Shown: positions 47,411 through 58,362, counted from the first letter of the stretch. The stretch: DNA of 64,000 nucleotides from an uncultured Planctomycetaceae bacterium (GCA_963813715.1 CAWFAK010000005.1:1120001-1184000), one strand, 5' to 3'. Notes: a model not told the origin generated them from the sequence alone. A program made the numbers and translations.

Positions 47411-47446
47411 TGTAGAAGGTCGTTGAATTGTAGAAGGTCGTTGAAT
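47411..47446. repeat. Perfect 18-bp tandem duplication
   Basis: tgtagaaggtcgttgaat twice. Confidence 0.9.
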
Positions 47447-47636
47447 TCGGATGGAAACACCAGGGTCGGCCTCAGCGACGCAATGCCTAAAAGCGAATTG
47501 CACCGGAGGCAGATTGCACTTGTCAGTCCAACCCGCGTCCCCGCGGACGCAGAATGTCACCCTCCCTCAAAAACAAACGGGTCACCGAACTGGGTGCCGC
47601 GGACCGCCGCCTCCCCGGGTGGTCATTCTTCAACCA

Positions 47637-48504
47637 TCAGCTCTTGGCGTCGCAGCGGGCCTGACGACCCTCCCGTGCGGCGGGGCAGAAACCGAGGGCC
47701 TCGATCTCTTTGTCGAGCACCGATTGATAGTGGGCCATCCGCCGGCGTCCGTCGTCCAACGAACCGCCGAAGGAACGGCGCCTCGTCCAGATAGACGAGG
47801 GGAACGGCAAACTCCACGATCCTCATGCCGAAGGCCGCCGCCTGCACCCACAACTGCAGCGGCATGGCATAGCCCGTGTCGGTGATTTTGAACTGCTTGA
47901 GCGATTCGACTCGATAGGCCTTGAAGCCGCAGAACGCGTCGGTCAGATCGAGGCCGAGCCGGTCGTTGACAAGCTGGGTAATTTCCGCGTTGATCTTGCG
48001 GCGTTCCTCGGGGGGCTTGCTGTTCCCCTCGAAGGTGTGCAAGTAGCGGCTGCCGGAGATGATGTCGATCGGCCGCTCGCTGGGGGCCGCGTTGAGGGGA
48101 AACACGGCGGCCGCCAGCTCGGGAATCAAGCGCGGCTGATGTTGGCCGTCGCAATCGATGGTTACGAGAACGTCATACTGATGTGCGATGGCGTAGTCGA
48201 AGGCTGTGCGCAGGGCCGCGCCGTAGCCTAAATTGTGCGGATGCGTGAGGACCGTGATGCCCGGCTCGCGGGCCAGCACGTTCGGCGTATCGTCTTTTGA
48301 GCCGTCGTTGACGACGAGAACATCCTGGCTGTAGCGGCGGACTTCCGCCAGCACGTCGGGGATGTGTCGCGCTTCGTTATAAACGGGAAGCGCGGTGAGG
48401 CAGCGAAGGGTGCCGCCAGAAATGGAGCCGCCCGGACACGGGCTGGGAGAGGCCTCGTCGGAGGTTTTACATGGAGGGTCGCTCGAAAGAGGTTCTGGCG
48501 TCAT
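47637..48504 (-). CDS. Glycosyltransferase family 2 (frameshift near 47780)
   Basis: LPVYNEA, VNDGSKD, NLGYGAAL, DCDGQH, SGSRY, TDAFCGFKAY. Confidence 0.88.
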
Positions 48505-48880
48505 GCGTCGTTGGTCCCTTTCGAGTCACCTGTTGAGGAAAAACCGTCACGATCGGCACTGTGGACTGTCGTTGCCTGTGGAAACGTGGTTGGGGAATGT
48601 CGCCTTTCCGACTGATCCGTTTGTCCGGGAATGTTCAGTTTTTAGCCCGGAAACGCCATTTTAGACGCACCCAGAGGTGAGTCAACGAGCCGGTTCGCGC
48701 ACAAGGCAAAGAGGCGAATTTTTCAACCGCTCGCCGGCAGATTCGATTCTCTCGCGATTGTTGCTGATTCGATGCTCGAAGTGATATCATCCCGCGCCGT
48801 CTGACAAGGGCCCTGGTCTGCCGTCACGCGAGCCAGCGGCGGACCTGGTTCGGACCCGTTTGCATGAGCCGCCCGAATTC

Positions 48881-50198
48881 ATGAAGCCGCTCGAACAGGC
48901 CATTCTCGACAAATCGGCGCGAGTGGGAGTGATCGGGCTGGGCTACGTCGGCCTGCCGCTGATCAACGCGTTTGTGTCGGCCGGCTTCCGCACGCTTGGC
49001 TTCGACGTCGACCAGCGCAAGGTCGACGCGCTGAACGACGGCCGCAGCTACATCAAGCACGTCGACTCGACGGTCGTCTCGAAGTGGCGCAAGGCGCAGC
49101 AGTTCGAGGCGACGGCCGACATGTCGCGCCTGGCCGAAGCCGACGCTTTGCTGATCTGCGTTCCGACGCCGCTCAACGACAGCCGCGACCCGGATCTGGT
49201 CTTCGTCGAGAAAACGGCCGACGCGATCGCCGCCGCCCTGCGGCCCGGGCCAGTTGATCATTCTGGAGAGCACGACCTACCCGACCACCACGCGAGACGT
49301 CGTGCTACCGATCTTGGCTCAAAGCCGTCTCAAGCCGGGGACCGACTACTTTCTGGCCTACAGCCCCGAGCGCGAGGATCCGGGCAACCCCGATTACACG
49401 GCGGCCGGCATTCCCAAGGTGGTGGGCGCGCTCGATGCGGCGAGCCTCAAGCTGGCCCAGCAGCTCTACTCTCAGGCCATCGTCAAAGTCATTCCCGTCT
49501 CCAGCCTCGAAGTGGCCGAGGCCTGCAAGATCCTCGAGAACACTTACCGCGCCGTGAACATCGCGCTCGTCAACGAGCTGAAGATGCTCTACGACCGCAT
49601 GGGCATCGACGTCTGGGAAGTGATCGACGCGGCCCGCACCAAGCCGTTCGGCTTCCAGGCGTTTTATCCCGGCCCGGGGCTGGGCGGGCACTGCATCCCG
49701 ATCGACCCGTTTTATTTGACGTGGCTCGCCCGCAAGCAGGGGCTGCCGACGCGATTCATCGAGCTGGCCGGCGAGATCAACTCGCGGATGCCCGAATACG
49801 TCGTCATGCGTCTGGCCGAGGCGCTCAACGACGTGGGCAAGCCGATCAACGGCAGCCAGATTTGCCTCTTGGGGATGGCGTATAAGAAAGACGTCGACGA
49901 TCCCCGCGAGAGCCCGTCGTTCGTGCTGATGGAAATGCTGCTGGGCCGCGGCGCCAAGGTCACCTACAACGATCCGCACATCCCCCGTCTGCCCGCGATG
50001 CGGCACCACAAGGTGCCCGACATGACCAGCACCGAGCTGACGCCCGAGTTCCTGGCCTCGCAGGACTGCATCCTGATCGCGACCGACCACTCGGCCTACG
50101 ATTACGACTTCATCGTCCAACATGCGAAGCTGGTGATCGACACCCGCAACGCGACGAAGAACGTCAAGCAGGGCCGCGAGAAGATCCGCAAGGCGTGA
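48881..50198 (+). CDS. Nucleotide-sugar dehydrogenase (WbpA/WecC-like; frameshift near 49253)
   Basis: GLGYVGLP, ICVPTP, LESTTYP, YSPERED, KILENTYRAVNIA, GLGGHCIPIDP, DPRESP. Confidence 0.93.
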
Positions 50199-50223
50199 AG
50201 GGCGCTGGGCTCTGGCCGAGCGG

Positions 50224-50365
50224 CGTAGGGTGTGACAAGTCCGCACGGCGGACGCAGGCACACCATCTGTCGTGATCGATCGTAATCGGATAGGACGGTC
50301 GCGCGCGACCGTAACCAGATGGTGTGCCAGCGGCCGCGCGGCGGCCTCGACACACCCTACGGGAT
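50224..50365. repeat. REP-like doublet (CGTAGGGTGTG...CACACCCTACG)
   Basis: Inverted ends at 50224-50234 and 50351-50361; inner ggcacaccatctg/cagatggtgtgcc. Confidence 0.8.
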
Positions 50366-50398
50366 TTAATCATTCATTCTGCGCCGCGATGACCCGCC

Positions 50399-51518
50399 AT
50401 GGCCCTCACTGAACTCCGGGTCGCCGGTTACCGCTCGTTGAGAGACGTGCGGCTGCCGCTGACACAGCTGAACGTCGTCGTCGGCCCCAACGGCTCGGGG
50501 AAATCGAATCTTTATCGCGCGCTTTGGCTGATTGCGGAGATTTGCGAAGGGGGCTTCGCGCGGGCGATCTGTCGCGAGGGAGGGCTCGTGTCCGCGATGT
50601 GGGCCGGCCCGCGCACGAACACAAAACCCCTGCGGATGGAGCTCGGTTTCGGGACCGAGGACCTTAGCTTCTTGCTCAGCTGCGGCTTTCCACCCCCGCC
50701 GCCGCCTCCGACCGCCTTCGGCTACGACCCCTATATCAAAGAGGAGGCCGTGTGGATCGGCCGAAAGCGGAAACCAACCACGACGCTGCTTGAGCGGTCC
50801 GCGGGGATGACTTCGATCCGCGACGTCGAGGGGCGCCGCGTCGAGTATCCACTGGTGCTTTCCGAGAACGAATCGGTCCTCGCGCAATTCCGCGAGCCCC
50901 ATCGATTCCCTGAACTCTTCGCCTTGCGCGAGGCCGTGCGCGGCTGGCGCTTTTACCATCAGTTTCGCACCGACGAGCAGGCCCCGCTGCGATCACCTCA
51001 AGTCAGCGTGCGGACGCCGGTGCTCAGCCACGACGGCAACGATCTGGCCGCTGCGTTGCAGACTATCACCGAGGTCGGGGATCGCGATCGCCTGTACGAG
51101 GCCATCTCCGCCGGGCTGCCGGGCCGCATGTTGAGGATTCAAGCAACGGGCTCGGCCGGGGCGCACAAGTCGCCGCAGGCCACCGAACTCTCGGTCGCTC
51201 TCGATACGGAGGGTTGCGCGGCCCCTTCTGGCGCGAGAACTCTCCGACGGGACGCTGAAATTTCTCTGCCTGGCGGCCGCCCTGCTGAGCCCGAGACCAC
51301 CGGCTCTGATTGCGCTCAACGAACCCGAGTCGAGCCTCCATCCAGACCTGTTGCCGGCGCTAGCCCGAATGATCGTCGACGCGGCGGAATTCTCGCAAAT
51401 CTGGGTCAGCACGCACTCCAGTCAGCTGGCCGCTTCGATCCGAGAGATCTCCGGCACCGATCCGATCGAACTGGAGCTCTTAGACGGCGAGACTCGGATC
51501 CGGTCGTCGGACGACTGA
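50399..51518 (+). CDS. ABC/SMC-like AAA ATPase (COG4637-like; frameshift near 51225)
   Basis: GYRSLRD, GPNGSGKSN, ELSDGTL, LNEPESSLHP, VSTHS. Confidence 0.88.
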
Positions 51519-51540
51519 GATCCGCGTGTCAGCAACGGAC

Positions 51541-51585
51541 GGTGTGCCAGCGGCCGCAAGGCGGCCTCGAGACACCCTACGGGAT
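51541..51585. repeat. Second copy of the REP half (direct repeat of 50321-50365)
   Basis: 42 of 45 bases identical by manual comparison. Confidence 0.85.
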
Positions 51586-51691
51586 GCAATTCTGCGGCTT
51601 GCGGAGGCACGCCTTGGCAAGGCCTTGCGCGAGAGATTACGGTATCCATTGGCCTTTCCCGTCTGTCCCGCGCAGAGAATCACGAGCGCTC

Positions 51692-53543
51692 ATGCTCCCG
51701 CCAAGTTCCGAGCTCGGAACCGGATCGAACTCCCGTCTTGCGCGATTCGGCATCTGGATCGTGGTCGGGCTCTACCTCGTCGCGGTGCTGGCGGTCAATC
51801 CGTTCCGCGAATGCCCCGTGCGGGACGACTGGGCCTACGCCTGGTCGGCCTGGCGGCTGTTGGCGACGGGCCACTATCTGGCGCACGACTGGGCGTCGGC
51901 CAATACGCCCTTTCAGGCGGCCTGGGGGGCCGCGTTCTGCCTGCTGTTCGGCAATTCGTTCATCGCGCTGCGCTGCTCGACGATCGTGCTGGCCGTGCTG
52001 GGGCTATTCGGCCTTTCGCGCTCTGGCACGCGAGCACGGCTTGAGCCGCGGCGCGGCCGATCTGCTGAGCGCTGTGCGTCGCGTCGTGCTCGATCTTCTT
52101 CAAGCTGAGCCTCAGTTACATGAGCGACGTCCCCTTCGCGGCGCTCGTGACCATCGCCGTTTTGTTCTACACGCGGGCCGTCCGCGGCATGCGCTGGACC
52201 GACTGGATCGCCGGCTCACTGGCGGCGGCGGCGACCGTCGGCACGCGACAATTCGGCGTGGTGCTCGTCGCGGCGGTCGGGCTGGTCTGGCTCTTCGATC
52301 GCCGCCGTTGGACGCAATGGAAAGAGTATGCGGTCGGCATTTCGTTGCCGGTGTTGGCCGCGGCCTGGCAAGTCAACCAGGGCTGGAACCATCCGAACTG
52401 GGCGGCCGGTTTTCAGGTCTACCGGGCGCGAAACTATTTCGCGTCGGGCGCGTTTTTCAAACAGTTGCCCTGGCGTCCCGGAGCTATCGTCGAATATCTC
52501 GCCTGGTTTCTGGTGCCGCTCGTCATTCTGGCGGCACTCGGTGTCGTGCGCGAAATTCGCAAAGACCGCAGTGACGCGCCCGGCGCCTCGCCGCCAAGTC
52601 GACGGCCGCTGGCGACGCTCGCTTTGTGGATCGTCGTCTTTTCCCTGAACGTCGTGTACGGCTGGAAGGTTTTGGGCTACGCGTACCACACGCCCAACTT
52701 TCAGGGCTCGCACGCGCTCATGCCCTTTCTGCCCGATTGCTACGACATCCTCGAGGTGTTGGGCGAGCCCGTCCGCTGGGCGGCGACGCTCTTTGTGATC
52801 GTCGGAGCCGCGCTGTTTGCCCGATTGATCGTGGCCCGCGTCGCGCGGCTGGGGCACCGGTGACGCGCATCAACTGGCTTACTGCGTGCTCGACTTCACG
52901 GCCCTCTTCCTGGCGGCGATCAGCCTGGTCTTCAATCAGTTCACCGACAATTATCTGGTCCCGCTTGTGCCGTACGCGGCCATCGCCGTCGGCCAGCCGC
53001 TGGCGGAACTGCTGTGGGCGCGGCGGCGGGCGGTCGTCGCCTGTTGCCTGCTGCTGTTTGTCGGCGCGGCGATTTGGACGCGCGAAGATCTGGCCAAGGA
53101 CGAGGCGATGTGGAGCCTGTCCGCTCGGTTGCACGACCAGGGCATTCCGCCGCAACAGATCTTCTCGGACTGGAAGTGGTTCTTCTTTTGGAACTTCGAG
53201 GACGCGGCCGAGCAGGGCCTGTTTCATCCCGACACCTCTTATGCGTACTTCTTCGACGAGTGGATGGCCCCCGACCGCCAGTTCGCCGAGTATCGCGTCG
53301 TGCATGAGTTGACGCCGCCGCCCGGCGAACGTTGGGAAGTGGTCGACACGGCACACTATTTCAGCGTCTATGCCCGCGGCCAGGAAACGTTTTACGCCGT
53401 GCGACGAACGCGCGACGAACCGGCCGTGCCTTCCCGCGCCGCATCGTCTGCTCTGCCCGCCGCCTCCGGCAACACGGCCGTGCCGAAAGCCCCGCCTGCC
53501 GCGCCGAAAGGCGCCACGTCGAAAGGCGGAGCGAAGCCATGCA
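51692..53543 (+). CDS. GT-C (GT39/ArnT-like) membrane glycosyltransferase, copy 1 (frameshifts)
   Basis: NPFRECPVRDDWAY, MSDVPF, TRQFG, many TM helices. Confidence 0.8.
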
Positions 53544-55321
53544 GCGCACCTGCGACTTCGCCCAGCGTTGTTGCTCGCGCGCCATCCGGCCTCAGCGGCT
53601 GGCCCGGCCTGTGCCTGGTGATCGGCCTGTATCTGGCGGCGGTCGCGGCCGTGAATCCGCTCCGCGAGTGCCCCGTGCTCGACGACTGGGCCTACGCGTC
53701 GACCGTGCGGCACCTGCTGCAGACGGGCACATACAAGCTCGACGATTGGGTGGCGCCCAACATGCCGTTTCAAGCGTTGTGGGGCGCGGCGTTCTGCCTG
53801 GTGCTGGGCGATTCGTACATCGCGCTGCGGCTGTCGACCGTCGCGCTCACCGTGATCGGGCTGATCGCCTTTCGAGCGCTGGCTCGCGAGCACGGCCTGA
53901 ATGGACGGGCGGCCAATTTGGCCACCTTTTGTCTCGCCTCGTCGTCGTTGTTCTTCCGCATGAGCCTGACGTTTCAGACGGACGTTCCCTTCCTGGTCAC
54001 GCTGATCGTGGCCCTCTGGCTCTACACCCGCGCCCTCCGCGTGATGACAGTGCCCGCGTGGGCGGCGGCCGCGGTGGCGGGTTCGGCCAGCATTCTGACG
54101 CGACAGTTCGGCGCCGCTTTGGTCGCCGCGCTCGGCGTGTTGTGGATGTTCGATCGTGGGCGATTCGCTCGCTTCAAGTACTACGCGCTCGGCATCTCGC
54201 TGCCGGTCCTCGCCGTTGTGTGGCAGTTGTATCGCGGTCTGTTCTATTCCAACTGGGCGGCCGAGTCGGTCTTGTTTCGCCAAAGGCTCTTTTTCTCGCG
54301 AGGGCATTTTCTCCGCGTGCTTCCCTGGCGGCCGCTCGTGCTCGTCGAATACCAGGCACTTTGGCTCGTGCCGTTGGTGCTGTTGGCCGCCTGGGCGACC
54401 GCTCGCATGCTTTTCAACCGGAACGCAAAAGATTCGCCGGCGGAGGGCCCGCTGTCGCGAAGCGCGTCACTGGCCTGGCTGGGCGGCTTCTTGCTGTTGT
54501 TCACGGCGGGCGTGGTCTACGGCTGGAAGACGATCGGCTACGGCTACAACTCGTCCGACTTTCATGGCAACACGGCGCTGATGCCGTTCCTGCGACACAC
54601 GTACGATCTGTTGCTCGTGCTGGGTGAGCCGGTGCGCTGGGCGGTGACGATCTTCGTCGTGGTCGGCGCGGCGCTCATCGCTCGCGTCTTCGTCGAGCGT
54701 TACGCCAGCCTGTTGACCGCGGCGCCGGGAGCCGTCCCTCCGCCGACGCCCCGTGAATTGCTACTCGACTTGACGTCGCTCTTTCTGCTCGGCGGCAACC
54801 TGGTTTTCTTTCAGCAGTGGGATTCCTATCAGCTGCCGTTTCTGCCGCTGGCGGCCATCGTGCTCGCGAAGCGATACGAAAGACTGTTGCTCGCGCGGAG
54901 TTGGGCCGTGGCCGGCTGTTGCCTGGCGATGCTGGCGGGCTCGGCGATTTGGACGCGCGAGGATCTGGCGAAGGGCGACGTGCAATGGATTCTGGCTGAG
55001 CGACTGCGCCAAGAGGGGATTGCGCCACAGAACATCGCCTCGAGCTGGGAGTGGTTTGCCTACTGGAACTTTCCCGAGTTCGTGCGGCAGGAAGGCAAAC
55101 GGGCCAGCACGGAGATCCCCAAGTTCCTTGGCGAAGACGGCTGGCAGGGGCGCAATCGCATTGCCGCCGAATACTGGATCGTCCACGAGCCGCGGCCGCC
55201 GGCAGGTTCACCGGAAACCTGGACCATCGTTGGCGAGGCCGACTACTTCAGTGTCTACGCTCGTCGCCGCGAACGGTTTTACGCCGTACGACGCTCGCCG
55301 GCACCTGAGCAACGCTTTTGA
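53539..55321 (+). CDS. GT-C (GT39/ArnT-like) membrane glycosyltransferase, copy 2 (paralogue)
   Basis: NPLRECPVLDDWAY, QTDVPF, TRQFG; colinear with copy 1 to YFSVYAR..FYAVRR. Confidence 0.8.
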
Positions 55322-55346
55322 GTTCGCCCAAGCGCGAAAGCGCATC

Positions 55347-55362
55347 CTTTGTATTGCAAAGT
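55347..55362. promoter_or_regulatory. Palindromic operator 1 (CTTTG-N5-CAAAG)
   Basis: ctttgtattgcaaagt upstream of the membrane protein/regulator pair; near-identical to 56458-56476. Confidence 0.65.
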
Positions 55363-55426
55363 CTTCGGCCTGACGGTATCCTGACACCAGTTCGCCGTGA
55401 ACACGTTGATTGCCGGGGAATCTCGC

Positions 55427-56038
55427 ATGGAACTTCAGGAAGCCTTGGCTCAGATCGCCGAGATCCGCGACCACCTTGCCCGCACCGAGACGTTCGAGGG
55501 TTATCGCTCCGCCACGGTGGCGGCGTCCGGGCTGATGGCGATTGCCGCCGCCGGCGTGCAGGCGGCCTTCGTTCCCGATCCTCTGGGCCGGCTCGATGCG
55601 TACCTGGGGCTGTGGGTGGGCGTGGCGGTGGTCAGCATTGTGCCGGTGGGCATCGAGATGCTGATCCGCTGCCGCCGAGCGAACTCCGAGACGGCCGCGC
55701 GACTGACGCGGATGGCCGTCGAGCAGTTCTTGCCCTGCCTGGTCGTGGGGGCGCTCATCACGGTGGCGATTGCCGTCGTCGCTCCCGAAACGGCCTGGAT
55801 GCTGCCCGGACTCTGGGCGCTGGTGTTCGGGCTCGGGGTTTTTGCGTCGGCCCGGCTCTTTCCGCGGCCCGTCGTGTGGGTGGCCGCCTACTACCTCCTG
55901 GCTGGGACGGCGTGCCTCGCCAGCGGCAAGCGGTTCGAGCCACTCTCGCCTTGGATGATGGCCGCGACCTTCGGCGTGGGACAGTTGCTGGCGGCGGCGA
56001 TTGTCTACCGCTGCGTGGAGCGCAAGCATGTCTCGTGA
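55427..56038 (+). CDS. Multi-pass membrane protein (regulator-associated)
   Basis: MELQEALAQIAEIR then about six TM helices; overlaps the regulator start. Confidence 0.8.
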   Translation: MELQEALAQIAEIRDHLARTETFEGYRSATVAASGLMAIAAAGVQAAFVPDPLGRLDAYLGLWVGVAVVSIVPVGIEMLIRCRRANSETAARLTRMAVEQFLPCLVVGALITVAIAVVAPETAWMLPGLWALVFGLGVFASARLFPRPVVWVAAYYLLAGTACLASGKRFEPLSPWMMAATFGVGQLLAAAIVYRCVERKHVS

Positions 56039-56429
56039 TCGCAAGCCGGCGCGGCGCGACTCGGGGCGTTTTGCCTACGAGGGGCTCGAGCGGGCCATCC
56101 ACGAAAAGGCCCGCCTGGGCATCCTCACGTCGTTGATGACGCGCCGCGAGGGGCTGCTCTTCACCGAATTGAAAGCACTCTGCTCGCTGACCGACGGCAA
56201 TCTCAACCGCCATCTCAAGGTGCTGCAGGAAGCCGGGCTGGTCGACGTCTGGAAGGGCTCGCAAAAAGGGAAGCCCCAAACGCTCTGCCGGCTGACCACC
56301 GACGGCCGCCGCCGTTTCCTCGAGTATGTCGCCGTGCTGGAACAGGTTATTTCCGACGCCGCGGCCGCTCGGACGGCCACCTCGAAGTCGACCGCCCGCG
56401 ATCTCCTGGGAGGCTGGTCGCCGGCCTGA
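56028..56429 (+). CDS. Winged-helix transcriptional regulator (HTH_34-like)
   Basis: IHEKARLGILTSL, FTELK, LTDGNLNRHLKVLQEAG, LTTDGRRRF. Confidence 0.9.
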   Translation: MSRDRKPARRDSGRFAYEGLERAIHEKARLGILTSLMTRREGLLFTELKALCSLTDGNLNRHLKVLQEAGLVDVWKGSQKGKPQTLCRLTTDGRRRFLEYVAVLEQVISDAAAARTATSKSTARDLLGGWSPA

Positions 56430-56457
56430 GAATCGCCGTCAAATTTTTTTGGCTCAT

Positions 56458-56476
56458 AACTTTGTAATGCAAAGTT
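56458..56476. promoter_or_regulatory. Palindromic operator 2 (AACTTTG-N5-CAAAGTT)
   Basis: aactttgtaatgcaaagtt, 50 bp upstream of the ispH start. Confidence 0.7.
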
Positions 56477-56525
56477 GTTGAGTAAGGCTTGTGAATCGGA
56501 CTGTGGCGGACGAAGGAGGTCACCG

Positions 56526-58178
56526 ATGAAAGTCTTGCGTGCCGATGCGATGGGAATTTGCTTTGGCGTTCGCGACGCCCTGGCGATGGCCGCTGCCCTG
56601 CCCGATCCGGTCAACACCACGATTCACGGCGAGCTGGTGCACAACGAGACCGTGCTCGTCCAGTTGCGCACGCGCGGCTTTCGCATGACGGCCGAGACCG
56701 AACGCGACTCGCTGCCGCCCACCCAGGACGTACTGATCACGGCTCACGGCATCAGCGACCGCGAGCGACGGCGACTTGAGGGAGCAGGCAAACGGCTGAT
56801 CGACACGACCTGCCCGCTCGTCGAACGCGTGCACCGCGCGGCCCAGGCTCTGCAAGCCGACGGATACCACGTCCTCGTCCTCGGGCGGCGAGCGCATGCC
56901 GAGGTCCGCGGCATCGTCGAAGACCTGACCGCGTACAACGTGCTGGAGAGCCTGGAGGATGTTGTCGACTTCGGACAGGCGAAGCTCGGCCTCGTTTGTC
57001 AGACGACCACTCCGCCCGATCTGGCGAAGCAGATCCTCGCCGCCGTCCGTGCTCGCAATCCGGCTTCCCAGGTCCGCTTTGCCGACACGATTTGCCAGCC
57101 GACGCGCGAACGGCAGCAAGCGCTCGAGCGGCTGCTTTATAAGGTCGACGCGATGGTCGTCGTCGGCGGCAAGAACTCGAATAACACGCGACAGCTCGTC
57201 GAGCGCTGCCGGGCCGCGAACGTTCCGGTCTGGCACGTGCAGGACGCGGGCGGGCTTGCCGAGTGCCGTTTCGACGGCCACCAGGTCATCGGGCTGACGG
57301 CCGGCACGTCGACGCCGGACGAAACCATCGATGCGGTCTACGTCGCGCTGTGCCGGTTGCCGTCCGGGGTGCCGAACACGTCGCGACAGTGGGTGCGGCA
57401 TTTCCACGCGAATGCCGACACGCCGGCCGACATTCCCTGGGACGATCCGCGGCGACTCTCGGCCGTCGAGCGGAGGGCCGTGCTCCGCTCGATTCAGATT
57501 TTCCAGCTCGGCGAGAGCGGGGGCGGCAGTCGGCTGTTGCGGGCGGCCGAGACCTATTGCCGGCAGACCGGCGATCGCCACTATCTCAAGGCGCTACGGC
57601 TCTTCATTCGCGAAGAGCAGCACCATGCCGAATTGCTCGCGCGCTTCTTGAGGCGGGAGGAGACCGAGCTTATCGGCCGGCAGTGGACCAACGGCATCTT
57701 TCGCCGCTGCCGCAATCTGGTCGGGCTGGAGTTGATGCTGGCGGTGCTGTTGGCCGCCGAGCTGATGGCCCGCGTGTATTACGCCGCGCTCAGCCGGGCG
57801 ACGGACGATCCCGTGCTGCGAGCGATCTGTGGGCGGATCCTTCGCGACGAGCGCTGGCACGTGCGGTTCCAGTGTGATCGCCTGGCACACATGCGGGGCG
57901 AGCGCCGGCGATCTCTAGGCCTGTTGACTGGCGCGGCCGAGCGGATCGGCTTTAGGGTCGTGTGCGTCGCGGTCTGGATGAATCACGCCCGCGTGTTTCG
58001 AGCGACGGGGATCGGCTTTGGAGCGTTCTGGCGGCGGACGGGACGCGAGCTTGATCTGGCCCGCCGGCTCATCGGTGCGACGACGCGGCAAGCGGCGCGA
58101 GTTAGTTCGATCTTGCCGGCGGCTGCGACACGCGGTGAATCGATCGTCGCAGGAAGCCCAGCACTGTCCAGCCGGTGA
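56526..58178 (+). CDS. ispH: IspH (HMBPP reductase) fused to a C-terminal ferritin-like di-iron domain
   Basis: AGGAGG RBS; GICFGV, LVHN, TAHG, DTTCPLV, HAEV, QTT, DTIC, NSNN, AGTST; then in frame QLGE, EEQHH, AE, DERWH. Confidence 0.88.
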   Translation: MKVLRADAMGICFGVRDALAMAAALPDPVNTTIHGELVHNETVLVQLRTRGFRMTAETERDSLPPTQDVLITAHGISDRERRRLEGAGKRLIDTTCPLVERVHRAAQALQADGYHVLVLGRRAHAEVRGIVEDLTAYNVLESLEDVVDFGQAKLGLVCQTTTPPDLAKQILAAVRARNPASQVRFADTICQPTRERQQALERLLYKVDAMVVVGGKNSNNTRQLVERCRAANVPVWHVQDAGGLAECRFDGHQVIGLTAGTSTPDETIDAVYVALCRLPSGVPNTSRQWVRHFHANADTPADIPWDDPRRLSAVERRAVLRSIQIFQLGESGGGSRLLRAAETYCRQTGDRHYLKALRLFIREEQHHAELLARFLRREETELIGRQWTNGIFRRCRNLVGLELMLAVLLAAELMARVYYAALSRATDDPVLRAICGRILRDERWHVRFQCDRLAHMRGERRRSLGLLTGAAERIGFRVVCVAVWMNHARVFRATGIGFGAFWRRTGRELDLARRLIGATTRQAARVSSILPAAATRGESIVAGSPALSSR

Positions 58179-58335
58179 TCATGCCGACTCCGTAGGTGGC
58201 CCCGATCAACACGGCCACGGTGGTGGTCACCGTCCGATCGAGATACTTGAGCGTCACCTCGTCGCGGTTTTGCAGCACGAACAGTCCGACGGCCCCCAAC
58301 AGCACCACCAAGATGAATCCGTAGATCATCTTCAT
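58102..58335 (-). CDS. LapA/DUF1049-like small membrane protein
   Basis: FVLQNRDEVTLKYL between two TM helices; AGGAG RBS. Confidence 0.7.
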   Translation of the reverse strand: MKMIYGFILVVLLGAVGLFVLQNRDEVTLKYLDRTVTTTVAVLIGATYGVGMITGWTVLGFLRRSIHRVSQPPARSN

Positions 58336-58362
58336 CGTGTCAGTCTCCTGGTCGCTTGCGCG

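Noticed and set aside
50399..52108. 569-aa ATPase-glycosyltransferase fusion ORF
   Set aside because: A frameshift near 51225 causes read-through; the ATPase ends at 51518 and a REP separates the genes.
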